In this document: positions 1 to 9,672 of the stretch, in pieces
How positions within the stretch are numbered: the first letter of the stretch is position 1
Layout of the letters: each line of letters begins with the position of its first letter
NCBI GenBank assembly: GCA_913030895.1
Contig: CAJWGK010000001.1
Span: 11,138 to 75,137, forward strand
Direction of reading: 5' to 3'
Length of the DNA: 64,000 bases
Origin: an uncultured Flavobacteriaceae bacterium
Lineage (GTDB): Bacteria > Bacteroidota > Bacteroidia > Flavobacteriales > Flavobacteriaceae
The notes under the pieces: model-generated
What the model saw: only the letters and a program-made list of their open reading frames with translations
Told to the model about the DNA's origin: nothing
Database searches by the model: none
Translations under genes and position numbers: made by a program

Positions 1-372
1 GGCTGGGGGTTTATGTTTATGCGTTTTGCTGCCTCAGAGTATGAGTTATTAGGTTATTCATCGATGCACTGGTTATTTCTAGCCTATCTTTTTCATACCA
101 TTGGGGAATTATGTGCTTCGCCAGTTTCACTATCATTTATAACTAAATTAGCACCAGAAAAGTATGCTGCACTGATGATGGGGTTGTATTTTGCTGCTTC
201 AGGAATGGGAAATATGTTAGCTGCTAGAATTGGAGTTAATGCAGAGGCTATTGGGGAGAAAGCAACTTTTACGGGGATTTTTATTTTCTGTACGGTTTTT
301 GCACTGCTCATTATCGCTGTACTAAAGCCTATAAATCGACTAATGCATAACGCTGAAGAGACAAGCAATTAA
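1..372 (+). CDS. C-terminal fragment of a POT/PTR2-type (MFS) peptide transporter; 5' end outside window
   Basis: Frame open from base 1. Hydrophobic TM segments. 'HTIGELCASPVSLSFITKLAP' resembles the conserved POT-family motif region. Confidence 0.65.
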   Translation, partial: GWGFMFMRFAASEYELLGYSSMHWLFLAYLFHTIGELCASPVSLSFITKLAPEKYAALMMGLYFAASGMGNMLAARIGVNAEAIGEKATFTGIFIFCTVFALLIIAVLKPINRLMHNAEETSN

Positions 373-382
373 TTAAAAGATC

Positions 383-919
383 ATGAGATTATTCCTGTTT
401 ATTTTTATTATTGGTAGTAGTCTGATCAATGCTCAGACCATAGCGTGGATTTCATTCGAAGAGGCTATCAAAGCGCAAAAAGAAAACCCCAAGAAAATCC
501 TTATGGATGTCTATACCGATTGGTGTGGTCCATGTAAACTCATGGATAAAAAAACCTTTCAAAACCCTTATGTTGCCGCTTATGTCAGTGAGCACTACTA
601 TGCGGTAAAGTTTAATGCTGAGGGAGAGGAAACCATCAATTATTATGATAATTCATTTACCAATCCCAATTATGACCCCGCGAAAAAAGGAAGAAATGCT
701 ACGCACCAGTTTACCCAGTTTCTAGGGGTAAAAGGATACCCTACAATTGTATTTATGAGTGAGTCAGGAGATTTTATTACTCCGGTAGTCGGTTATCAAA
801 ACCCCCAACAATTAGAGCTCTATCTTAAAATGATCAAACAAGGCGATTACATGGTTTTTTCTAAGCCAGATGATTTTGAAAAGTACCGTAAAAATTTTGT
901 TCCCAAGTTTAAAAACTGA
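383..919 (+). CDS. Secreted thioredoxin-fold protein (WCGPC active site)
   Basis: N-terminal signal-like segment (MRLFLFIFIIGSSLINAQ). 'DWCGPCK' thioredoxin CxxC motif. Confidence 0.75.
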   Translation: MRLFLFIFIIGSSLINAQTIAWISFEEAIKAQKENPKKILMDVYTDWCGPCKLMDKKTFQNPYVAAYVSEHYYAVKFNAEGEETINYYDNSFTNPNYDPAKKGRNATHQFTQFLGVKGYPTIVFMSESGDFITPVVGYQNPQQLELYLKMIKQGDYMVFSKPDDFEKYRKNFVPKFKN

Positions 920-1199
920 TCTTATAAGCCCCCTTTTTCCTGAGGTTTAAAAAAGGAATACCCATCTTTTTGCAACTTTTTTCCCAACGCTCTATATTCC
1001 AAGGCTTATTGCTGCCATCCGCGATTACTTTTTTGGGGAGGTGATAAACCAAAACCCTATCCAAATTCACTTCGGTATCATCAGTCAATAATAATTGGGT
1101 GGGAGAGAAATTGGGGATTTTGTAAAGTCCGTTTTTATCTAAGACGAGTAAGCGTTCTTTTTTTGATATGTAAGTGTTGTAAAATGATTCAAAATTCAA
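909..1199 (-). CDS. Hypothetical protein (96 aa), family not recognised
   Basis: Only a clean ORF filling the gap between the thioredoxin-fold gene and comEC. Its 3' end overlaps the convergent gene by 11 nt. Confidence 0.4.
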   Translation of the reverse strand: MNFESFYNTYISKKERLLVLDKNGLYKIPNFSPTQLLLTDDTEVNLDRVLVYHLPKKVIADGSNKPWNIERWEKSCKKMGIPFLNLRKKGAYKISF

Positions 1200-1244
1200 T
1201 TTTTCTATAGGATATTTATTTCTAAAATCTGATATTAATTTTTC

Positions 1245-2906
1245 TTATTCATCTATTTTTTTGGGACTGTAGATCGATAATGATTTTTGAAAATGATTTG
1301 CAATAATTGTTTGATTATTTCGGTAAAATATCCAAAGATGATCGGTTTTCGTCAAATCAATTTGTTGGCTGTAATTCAAAGCCTGTAGGAAAAGTACTAC
1401 AATGAATGAAGCAAAAATGTATTGTGCTTTTTTGGTTATCACTGTATTAAAAATACAGATCATTAAACCGTATAAAGCTAAGAGCGTCAAGGTGGAAAAA
1501 CCAATATGTTTAAAAAGAAACTGCTCTTGTGCTGCAATCCAAAAAATCACTTGGTTCATCCACTCCACAATCATGTCATAAAAGGCTAAGATTGGATGAA
1601 TAGTTAAACTGGATAAAGTTAAAAGTAACACCCCCACACTTCCAATTAAGAAGAAGCTGAACAATGGAATGATCAACCAATTGCTGAGCAGAAACAATCC
1701 CGGAAAATGATGAAAGTAATAGATGCTTAAAGGCGCTACTGCTATTTGGGCACCTAAACACACAGTCGTTATTTCCCAAAACCGTCTTATGATTAAAACT
1801 TTTGGATTCCATATTGACTGAATTAGAGGGTGGATTTTGATTATGCCTATTAAGGCGAGATAACTCATTTGAAAACCAACTTGATGAAGGTAGGGCGGGT
1901 GGAGTACCAGCAAAATAAAAAAACTAACGACCAAAAGGTGGAAGGTGTTGTGTATTCTTTTGGCGTATATGGCAATAGCAAATGCAGTAAACATTGTCAC
2001 AGCTCTTACCACGGAGGCACTTGCTCCTGTAAAAAAAGCAAATGACCATAACAGCAGAATTATTGTTGAGATGTAAATCAATTGCCCTCTCGGAAGTCGT
2101 CTTATTGGTTGAAGTAGAAAACCCAAAAATAGCATTATAATCCCGATGTGTAAACCCGATATTGCCAGCAGATGAATTACACCAGCATTCGCATAAGCCT
2201 CTACGAGATTTTGTTCTAGCGTGGCTCTTTTACCAAGTAAAAGGGCTTTAATTGTGTTTTTAGATGCTGTACTTAATTCAGATTGATCTAGGACTTTTTC
2301 CACCTTATCATTGAGTCTTTTTAATCTGTTTAACCAGCTTTTTGAGTCAACCTCTAGTGTTTTAAAATCTCCATTTGAAAGTTTGAGTTCGTCATATATC
2401 TTAATTTTTTTTAGATAATTTTTGTAGTCAAAACCCCCCGGATTCGTCCTTTGACTTATTTCTTGAGGCTGCTTTAAAGTCAGTATTATTTTATCCAAAT
2501 CAGGGGGGACCAGCATTGAATCTTTGGTGAAAGCGATCAAAATATTTCCCGATGTTTGATGGTCATGAACCTTTAATACTTTGCCGTAATATCTATATTG
2601 AAAATCGTTGGGTTTTAACTTTCTGGTCAGTTTGATTTTTAGTAATGATGTATTGCTATCAGCTATAAAATTTCTGTAGTGATTGTCACTTATCGTATAA
2701 AATTGTTGGTGGTGTAAAAAACCAAGGGGAATGAATACTAGAAAAATGATGGTGCGAAAATTCCTTTTTAGTAGGCTGACCGCGGTAATCATTATCAATG
2801 TAAAAAATATAAACTTTGGCTGTGGGATTTTGACCCAAATGGACAGGACCATCCCAGCGACAAATAATAATACGACCCAATAGATTGGGAATTTTGGGGC
2901 TTTCAT
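1245..2906 (-). CDS. comEC: ComEC/Rec2-family membrane protein (no C-terminal MBL domain)
   Basis: Polytopic membrane protein. 'VIHLLAISGLHIGIIM' matches the ComEC competence-domain signature. Confidence 0.75.
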   Translation of the reverse strand: MKAPKFPIYWVVLLFVAGMVLSIWVKIPQPKFIFFTLIMITAVSLLKRNFRTIIFLVFIPLGFLHHQQFYTISDNHYRNFIADSNTSLLKIKLTRKLKPNDFQYRYYGKVLKVHDHQTSGNILIAFTKDSMLVPPDLDKIILTLKQPQEISQRTNPGGFDYKNYLKKIKIYDELKLSNGDFKTLEVDSKSWLNRLKRLNDKVEKVLDQSELSTASKNTIKALLLGKRATLEQNLVEAYANAGVIHLLAISGLHIGIIMLFLGFLLQPIRRLPRGQLIYISTIILLLWSFAFFTGASASVVRAVTMFTAFAIAIYAKRIHNTFHLLVVSFFILLVLHPPYLHQVGFQMSYLALIGIIKIHPLIQSIWNPKVLIIRRFWEITTVCLGAQIAVAPLSIYYFHHFPGLFLLSNWLIIPLFSFFLIGSVGVLLLTLSSLTIHPILAFYDMIVEWMNQVIFWIAAQEQFLFKHIGFSTLTLLALYGLMICIFNTVITKKAQYIFASFIVVLFLQALNYSQQIDLTKTDHLWIFYRNNQTIIANHFQKSLSIYSPKKIDE

Positions 2907-2929
2907 CTTTTAAATTTAAGACGAAAAAA

Positions 2930-4039
2930 TTACTTAACGGCTTTGAAAATTAATGCTGCAGTTTTTTTGCTAGCGCCTCCTTTACCTAAAATAGTTCGCA
3001 ATGACTCGTAATCTTTTTTTTGTTGCTTTTGTCCAGATTCAGACAAGATGAACTCCAATTGACTACTGACCTCATCGACAGTAAAAGAATTTTGAATTAG
3101 TTCCTTAACCACTTCACGGTTTAAAATTAGGTTCACTAATGAAATAAACTCCAGTTTTACCAAACGTTTTGCTATTTGATAGCTTAAAAAACTACTGCGA
3201 TAACATACGACCTGTGGTACATTGAATAATGCCGTTTCTAGGGTGGCTGTCCCACTAGATACTAGTGCTGCTTTGACATGCATCAATAAATCATGGGTTT
3301 GGTTGTAAACTACTTTGACTAACTTACTTTTGAGAAAAGACTCATACCAATTGGGATCAATTCCTGGAGCTCCAGCTATTACAAATTCATATTGAGGGTA
3401 ACACTCTGCTACTTCAATAAAAATGGGTAGCATTTTTTTAATTTCCTGTCTTCTACTTCCTGGTAAAAGCGCAATCAAAGGCTTTTTCGATGAGAGATTA
3501 TTTTTAGCGTTAAAGTTTTTTGATTTTTTTCGTTCCATTGCCCAGTCTAGAAGTGGATGGCCAACAAATTCTACTGGAAAGTTGTGTTTTTCTTCAAAGA
3601 ATTCCTTTTCAAACGGTAAGATAACATAAAGTGCATCCAGATCTTTTTTCATTTGCTGCACCCGATTTTCTTTCCATGCCCAAACCTGAGGACTGATATA
3701 AAAGTGATTTTTGAAACCTTGTTTTTTTGCCCATTTTGAAATTCTCAAATTGAAGCCAGGATAATCAATGTAGATTACTACATCTGGGTTGAATGCTAAA
3801 ATATCTTTTTTACAAAATTTGATATTGCGAAGTATTGTTCCTAGGTGGGTTATGACCTCCCAAAAACCCATAAAAGCCAGTTCTTTGTAGTGTTTTACCA
3901 ACTCCCCTCCGGCCTGCTGCATTAAGTCTCCACCCCAAAAACGAATTTTAGCCTTGTTGTCTCTTTCTATTAAGGCCTCAATTAATTTTGATCCATGCAG
4001 ATCACCTGAAGCTTCCCCGGAGACAATATAATATTTCAA
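2930..4039 (-). CDS. lpxB: Lipid-A-disaccharide synthase
   Basis: N-terminus 'MKYYIVSGEASGDLHGSKLIEAL' and overall length are typical of LpxB. Lies in a surE-lpxB arrangement. Confidence 0.9.
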   Translation of the reverse strand: MKYYIVSGEASGDLHGSKLIEALIERDNKAKIRFWGGDLMQQAGGELVKHYKELAFMGFWEVITHLGTILRNIKFCKKDILAFNPDVVIYIDYPGFNLRISKWAKKQGFKNHFYISPQVWAWKENRVQQMKKDLDALYVILPFEKEFFEEKHNFPVEFVGHPLLDWAMERKKSKNFNAKNNLSSKKPLIALLPGSRRQEIKKMLPIFIEVAECYPQYEFVIAGAPGIDPNWYESFLKSKLVKVVYNQTHDLLMHVKAALVSSGTATLETALFNVPQVVCYRSSFLSYQIAKRLVKLEFISLVNLILNREVVKELIQNSFTVDEVSSQLEFILSESGQKQQKKDYESLRTILGKGGASKKTAALIFKAVK

Positions 4040-4040
4040 C

Positions 4041-4322
4041 TTAAATTAATTTTAAGATTGCAATGATAACAACCATCAAAATGGATATGATAAGTATTCC
4101 TTTCGCGAAATTTGTTTTTCTTTTTCGCATTCCTAGCAGGAATAAAGGTAAGTTGACAAGCGAACCTAAACTGATAAGTCCTCCTAATTTTTTTTCTTCA
4201 TACATCAAGGCAATAGAGTCTTCCAAATTTACATTTGAAAAATACGAAATGATAAAGATCATCATACTAAGACTTGCAAATAGTCCCGCAATCAATCCTT
4301 TTGTCAACTCATTTATTTTCAA
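4041..4322 (-). CDS. Small membrane protein (93 aa, ~3 TM helices), uncharacterised
   Basis: Hydrophobic ORF packed between surE (14-nt overlap) and lpxB (1-nt gap). The antisense 4063..4338 ORF is judged a shadow. Confidence 0.5.
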   Translation of the reverse strand: MKINELTKGLIAGLFASLSMMIFIISYFSNVNLEDSIALMYEEKKLGGLISLGSLVNLPLFLLGMRKRKTNFAKGILIISILMVVIIAILKLI

Positions 4323-5088
4323 AATCCCAGGTATTTAAGTGTTGAATCGCGTGATGTGCCGTTAGGTCAAATTCTACAGGAACAACAGATATATAACCGT
4401 TTGTCAGTGCCCATTCATCCGTGTCCTCTCCTTTATCCTCATTGATGAATTTCCCCGTTAACCAATAGTAATCCAATCCCATAGGGTTAGTCCTTTTATC
4501 AAATTCCTCAACCCAATAAGCCTTTGCTTGTCTACAAATTTTTATTCCACTGATTTCTTTTTCTTTAAGTTTAGGAAAGTTAACATTTAAAACCACATTA
4601 GCAGGAATCTTATTTTCAAGAGCGCTGAGGGTAATCTTTTTGACATAATCTCTTATTGCATCAAAATCTGCACTCCAGCGGTAATCTAAAAGCGAAAAGC
4701 CAATGGCTTGAATTCCCTCAATACCCGCTTCTACGGCAGCACTCATCGTCCCAGAATAAATAACATTTATGGATGAATTAGACCCATGATTTATGCCAGA
4801 AACGCACAAGTCGGGCTTTCTGTCTAAAATTTCGTTTACAGCAAGCTTGACACAGTCTGCCGGTGTACCTGAACAACTATATTCTAAATGGGTTTTCTCT
4901 GGAACATTGATTTTTGTAAAGTGAAGCGTTGAATTTATTGTAATGGCGTGCCCCATGGCTGACTGTGGACTATCAGGTGCAACTACGACCACTTCACCGA
5001 TCTCATTCATTACCTCAATTAGCTTTCTGATGCCCGGAGCAGTAATCCCGTCGTCATTGGTGACCAGAATTAATGGCTTTTTGTCCAT
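4309..5088 (-). CDS. surE: 5'/3'-nucleotidase SurE
   Basis: 'ILVTNDDGITAPGI' N-terminal SurE signature and 'SGINHGSN' motif. Confidence 0.92.
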   Translation of the reverse strand: MDKKPLILVTNDDGITAPGIRKLIEVMNEIGEVVVVAPDSPQSAMGHAITINSTLHFTKINVPEKTHLEYSCSGTPADCVKLAVNEILDRKPDLCVSGINHGSNSSINVIYSGTMSAAVEAGIEGIQAIGFSLLDYRWSADFDAIRDYVKKITLSALENKIPANVVLNVNFPKLKEKEISGIKICRQAKAYWVEEFDKRTNPMGLDYYWLTGKFINEDKGEDTDEWALTNGYISVVPVEFDLTAHHAIQHLNTWDFENK

Positions 5089-5220
5089 AAGGATTTTATT
5101 AAATGTAAAATTAAGAAATATTAATACCTCAATATCATTTTAGTATCAACAAAAAGTTTTTTTAGGTTTATCACTAAATAACGCCTTTTTCATTAAATTT
5201 ATGGTTTAAATCAAATCTTT

Positions 5221-7332
5221 ATGAGGACAGTAGGATATCTTCTCGTTGTCTGTTTAATTGTTTTTAGTACTGCTTTTACTGCTTTAACAAACAATCCAGA
5301 CAAAGATAAGTTGTTGATAGAAGTCATTACCTATGTTTTGGAACGTGGTCACTTCAATCCAAAGAAGATTGACGATTCATTTTCTCAAAATGTATTTAGA
5401 AATTATTTAGATGGCATTGATGGTCAGCACAGATTTTTTCTTCAATCCGACATTAATAACTTCAAGCGTTACCAAAAACAAATCGACGATCAAATAAAAT
5501 CCTCTGACATATCGTTCTTTAATTTAACTTATGAAAGGCTTATTTCTAGAATGAAACAGGTCGAAGAATTTTATCAAGAGCTGCTGACGACACCTTTTGA
5601 TTTTGCGGTAGAAGATTCTATAAGCTTAGATTTTGAAAACCTTCCTTATGCCAGAACTCTAAACGGATTAAAACAAACTTGGAGAAAAAGATTTAAGTTA
5701 TCCACTTTAGAATATTATTCGTCTTTAAAAGAACAAGAGCAGTACGAGTTTGAAACTGATAGTACTTATCAAATCAAATCTGATTTTGTCCTGGAAGAGG
5801 AAGCCAGAATGAAGACTAAAAAAAATATCGAAAATTATTTCGAGATAATTTCTGAAATCGAACGTAAGGATTGGTTCTCGATTTATGTCAATACAATCAC
5901 CTTAGAATACGATCCCCACAGTAATTATTTTGCTCCTGATGATAAAGAAAAATTTGATCAAAACATCTCTGGAAAGTTTGAGGGTATTGGTGCTCGTCTC
6001 CAGAAAAAGGATCAGAAGGTCGAGATCACAGAGATAATCGTTGGTGGGCCAGTATGGAAAGCTAAAGCGCTGGAGGTCGGTGATGTTATTCTTAAAGTAG
6101 CGCAAAAAGATGAAGCTCCTGTTGAAATTGGTCCAATGCGCCTGAACGATGCTGTAAAACTTATCAAGGGGCCTAAAGGAACAAATGTCTATTTAACTAT
6201 CAAAAGGGTAAGCGGACTCGTAGAGGAAGTTGTAATTACTAGAGATATTGTCGAGCTTGAAGAATCTTATGCTAAGGCTAGTATCATTCAAAAAAATAGT
6301 AATAATTATGGCTTTATTGAGTTGCCAAAATTCTACATTGACTTTAAAGATCGAAATAGTAGAAATGCTGCAAGTGATATAAAAAAGGAAATTCAGCTGC
6401 TCAAAAAAAGGGATATTAAAGGGATCATACTCGACCTAAGAAACAATGGGGGAGGCTCACTTAAAACTGTCGTAGATATTACTGGATTTTTTATAGATGA
6501 AGGGCCAATTGTTCAAGTCAAAAGTACTGGCGGAAGAAAAGATATTCTCTACGATGAAGATCCCTCAATTGAATGGGACGGATCATTGGTCATAATGGTA
6601 AATGAGTTTTCTGCATCAGCGTCAGAGATTTTGGCAGCAGCGCTTCAGGACTACAAAAGGGCTGTAATCCTCGGAAGTAAACAAACGTTCGGGAAAGGTA
6701 CTGTGCAAAATGTAATTGATTTAAACCGAATTATCTCGGGTGGAACTCATGGAGACCTCGGTGCAGTAAAACTTACTACGGACAAATTTTATAGAATTAA
6801 TGGCGGCTCAACCCAACTGGAAGGTGTAAGAAGTGATATTGTAATCAAAAATCAATATTCCTACATTGATATGGGTGAAAAAGATCAGGAAAATCCATTA
6901 AAATGGGATAGCATTGAACCTGCTAGCTATTCTATGTGGAATAATTTGACCAATTATGATTTTGTTTTAAAACAAAGTCTAGAAAGACTAGAACACAATC
7001 CTTATGTCGACCTGATTGAAAAGCAAGCTAGAAGGATTCAGCAACAGCAAAATGATTACACCTACACACTCAACTATCAGGACTTTATGGAGGAGCGTGA
7101 AAAAAATAAAATTTTCTCTGAGAATCTAAACACTCTAAAAGATTATAAATCCAATCTTTCTTTTGAATGGATTCCCGAGCCCGGAGCACCAATTGATGAT
7201 ATCGTCAAAGAGAAAAAAAGTCGATGGATTGAATCACTAGAAAAAGACTTTTTTATTGAGGAAGCGGTCAATATTTTAGAAGATTTAAATATTAACTTGA
7301 GTTCCCAACCATTGGCTCAAATCAAGAAATAA
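5221..7332 (+). CDS. Carboxy-terminal processing (tail-specific) peptidase, family S41, with PDZ domain
   Basis: 703 aa with signal anchor. 'GIGARLQKK...VGGPVWKAKALEVGDVILKV' is PDZ-like. 'LDLRNNGGGSL' and 'NEFSASASEILAAALQDY' are S41 catalytic-region motifs. Confidence 0.88.
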   Translation: MRTVGYLLVVCLIVFSTAFTALTNNPDKDKLLIEVITYVLERGHFNPKKIDDSFSQNVFRNYLDGIDGQHRFFLQSDINNFKRYQKQIDDQIKSSDISFFNLTYERLISRMKQVEEFYQELLTTPFDFAVEDSISLDFENLPYARTLNGLKQTWRKRFKLSTLEYYSSLKEQEQYEFETDSTYQIKSDFVLEEEARMKTKKNIENYFEIISEIERKDWFSIYVNTITLEYDPHSNYFAPDDKEKFDQNISGKFEGIGARLQKKDQKVEITEIIVGGPVWKAKALEVGDVILKVAQKDEAPVEIGPMRLNDAVKLIKGPKGTNVYLTIKRVSGLVEEVVITRDIVELEESYAKASIIQKNSNNYGFIELPKFYIDFKDRNSRNAASDIKKEIQLLKKRDIKGIILDLRNNGGGSLKTVVDITGFFIDEGPIVQVKSTGGRKDILYDEDPSIEWDGSLVIMVNEFSASASEILAAALQDYKRAVILGSKQTFGKGTVQNVIDLNRIISGGTHGDLGAVKLTTDKFYRINGGSTQLEGVRSDIVIKNQYSYIDMGEKDQENPLKWDSIEPASYSMWNNLTNYDFVLKQSLERLEHNPYVDLIEKQARRIQQQQNDYTYTLNYQDFMEEREKNKIFSENLNTLKDYKSNLSFEWIPEPGAPIDDIVKEKKSRWIESLEKDFFIEEAVNILEDLNINLSSQPLAQIKK

Positions 7333-7341
7333 TTTTTTGAC

Positions 7342-8409
7342 TTGAATCGCATAGCTGTCTATAAAAAGTTCTTTAAAGACCCAGGAGCTGTAATATCCCT
7401 CTCATATGTAATCTTTCTAGTGTTTGTTGCAGTTTTTGCTTATCAAATTGCCCCAGATAATTCTTCAAATGCAAATCAAATGCATCTATCAATCCATTCT
7501 AGACCACCCGGTTTTAAAACTAAAATGGTAATCTTAGAAAATCCAGATCAACTTGAAACAAAACAATCTTTTTTTTTTGGAGAAAGTAGTTTATTGACAG
7601 AAATTCCTATAACAGGTTATATACTTCAGGAAGAACGGATTAAAGTTCAACCTTATGGATCTCCAAAAGATTATTTTGAGGATTTGGACGCTCAATTAAT
7701 CACCAGTAATAGCTTTGAAAGGGATCATCTGATTGAAAAAAAGTTCCTATTGGGGACAGACAAGTATGGAAGAGATTTGTTAAGCCGCCTTATTATCGGA
7801 ACAAGAATTTCACTTTCCATTGGATTTATTGCAGTGATTATTTCATTAATAGTAGGAGTCACATTGGGCGCACTTGGAGGCTATTTTGGCGGGGGTGTAG
7901 ATAAATTTATCGTTTGGTTAATAAATGTTTTTTGGTCCATTCCTACACTTTTGATGGTCATAGCCATAACATTGGCTTTGGGTAGGGGTTTTTGGCAAGT
8001 TTTTATTGCAGTTGGCTTAACCATGTGGGTTGAGGTAGCTAGAGTTGTTAGGGGGCAGGTTTTATCACTTAAAGAAAAAACTTTTGTTCAGTCAGCAAAG
8101 GTTTTAGGATTCAATAACAGCCGAATATTATTTCGCCACATTATTCCATTGGTAATTCCTCCGTTAATTGTTATTTCGGCTGCCAATTTTGCCAGTGCAA
8201 TTTTAATAGAGAGTGGACTTAGCTTTTTAGGTATCGGTGCGCAACCTCCTGTTCCAAGTTGGGGAGGGATGGTCAAAGATCATTTTAGATATTTATTGCT
8301 CGGAAAGCCTTATTTAACGCTTCTGCCCGGTTTTGCGATTATGAGTTTGGTATTGGCATTTATGACTTTAGGTAATAGTTTAAGGAATCTTCTGGATGTA
8401 AAAAATTAA
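7342..8409 (+). CDS. ABC transporter permease, OppC/DppC-like (TTG start)
   Basis: N-terminal TM plus extracytoplasmic stretch, then a binding-protein-dependent permease core. The EAA-like loop is 'FVQSAKVLGFNNSRILFRHIIP'. Confidence 0.8.
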   Translation: MNRIAVYKKFFKDPGAVISLSYVIFLVFVAVFAYQIAPDNSSNANQMHLSIHSRPPGFKTKMVILENPDQLETKQSFFFGESSLLTEIPITGYILQEERIKVQPYGSPKDYFEDLDAQLITSNSFERDHLIEKKFLLGTDKYGRDLLSRLIIGTRISLSIGFIAVIISLIVGVTLGALGGYFGGGVDKFIVWLINVFWSIPTLLMVIAITLALGRGFWQVFIAVGLTMWVEVARVVRGQVLSLKEKTFVQSAKVLGFNNSRILFRHIIPLVIPPLIVISAANFASAILIESGLSFLGIGAQPPVPSWGGMVKDHFRYLLLGKPYLTLLPGFAIMSLVLAFMTLGNSLRNLLDVKN

Positions 8410-8412
8410 TCT

Positions 8413-9672
8413 TTACCAGTCATTAAGTCGATTAGCATCAAAATTCAAATGAATAAAAATCATAATACTAAAGGCGAGTAAGCTTGATCCTCCATAGCTT
8501 ATAAAGGGGAGTGGAATTCCGATCGTAGGAACTATTCCCAGCGTCATTCCTACATTGACAAAAAAGTGGAGAAATATTAAGCCAGCCACGCTATAAGAAA
8601 AAACCCTTCTGAATTTACTATTTTGTCTTTCTGCACTTATAACAATACGCAGGATAAGAAAGCAAAATAGTAGTATGACAAAAAAGCCTCCTAAAAACCC
8701 CCATTCTTCTCCAATGGTACTAAAAATATAATCCGTGTGTTGTTCTGGGACAAAGCCGCCTTTCGTTTGAGTTCCTTCAAGAAAACCCTTTCCCATAAAG
8801 CCACCAGAACCTATTGCAATTTTTGACTGGTTGATATTATAACCAACCCCTCGGGTGTCAACTTCTTTTCCAATAACGATATTGATTCGGTCGCGATGCC
8901 TTTGCTCAAAAACATTATTGAATATATAATCTACCGATAAAGCATATCCAACCGATAGGACTAGTACCAGCAAGAAAGGCCACACTTTGATCTTCGAGTT
9001 AAGCCTTTTCAAAATAAAAAAGACAACAAAAATCAAAAAACAAATTATTCCAATGGCTATGAAGATTTGAAAACTTAACGTGATTAAAAATAGTGCCAGT
9101 AATGAAAGAAAAATCAAGAAATAAGAATAATTAAGTCCCTCTCGAAAGAGTGGAAAAAAAAATGCTAAAAAAACCAAAGCTGAACCAGGGTCAGGTTGAA
9201 GTACTATTAAAATAGCTGGAATAAAAAGACAGCACGCAACCTTAAAAAGTGTCCTAATACTTTTCAGATCAGATTGAAATTTACTCAATAAACCAGCGAT
9301 CATTAAACCTGTAAATAATTTTGCTATTTCAGAAGGCTGGAGGCTAAATCCTCCTAGGTTATACCAGGAGGTAGCTCCCGAAACCGTTTTTCCAAAAAGG
9401 AAAAGACCAGCCAAAAGTAAAATGCTAATGAAGTAACTCACGTTAGCAAAATGTTCAAAAAATTTAACGTTGAGACTTAATACAATTATCCCCAAAAAAA
9501 CACTGACTAAAAAGAATAAAAACTGCTTTCCTACCGGTTGGGAAAAGTCAAAAATACTGTTAAGTGTATCGTTATAAGTAGCTGAGTAAACATTGGTAAT
9601 ACCAACAGTAACCAACAATAAATATAACAATACCAACCACCAATCTAATCTGTATAATATGCTATTATTCAT
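8413..9672 (-). CDS. rodA: Rod-shape determining SEDS protein RodA
   Basis: FtsW/RodA/SpoVE-type polytopic protein ('PSEIAKL', 'QPDPGSAL', 'VPEQHTDYIFS'). Last gene of the mreBCD-mrdA-rodA block. Confidence 0.92.
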   Translation of the reverse strand: MNNSILYRLDWWLVLLYLLLVTVGITNVYSATYNDTLNSIFDFSQPVGKQFLFFLVSVFLGIIVLSLNVKFFEHFANVSYFISILLLAGLFLFGKTVSGATSWYNLGGFSLQPSEIAKLFTGLMIAGLLSKFQSDLKSIRTLFKVACCLFIPAILIVLQPDPGSALVFLAFFFPLFREGLNYSYFLIFLSLLALFLITLSFQIFIAIGIICFLIFVVFFILKRLNSKIKVWPFLLVLVLSVGYALSVDYIFNNVFEQRHRDRINIVIGKEVDTRGVGYNINQSKIAIGSGGFMGKGFLEGTQTKGGFVPEQHTDYIFSTIGEEWGFLGGFFVILLFCFLILRIVISAERQNSKFRRVFSYSVAGLIFLHFFVNVGMTLGIVPTIGIPLPFISYGGSSLLAFSIMIFIHLNFDANRLNDW

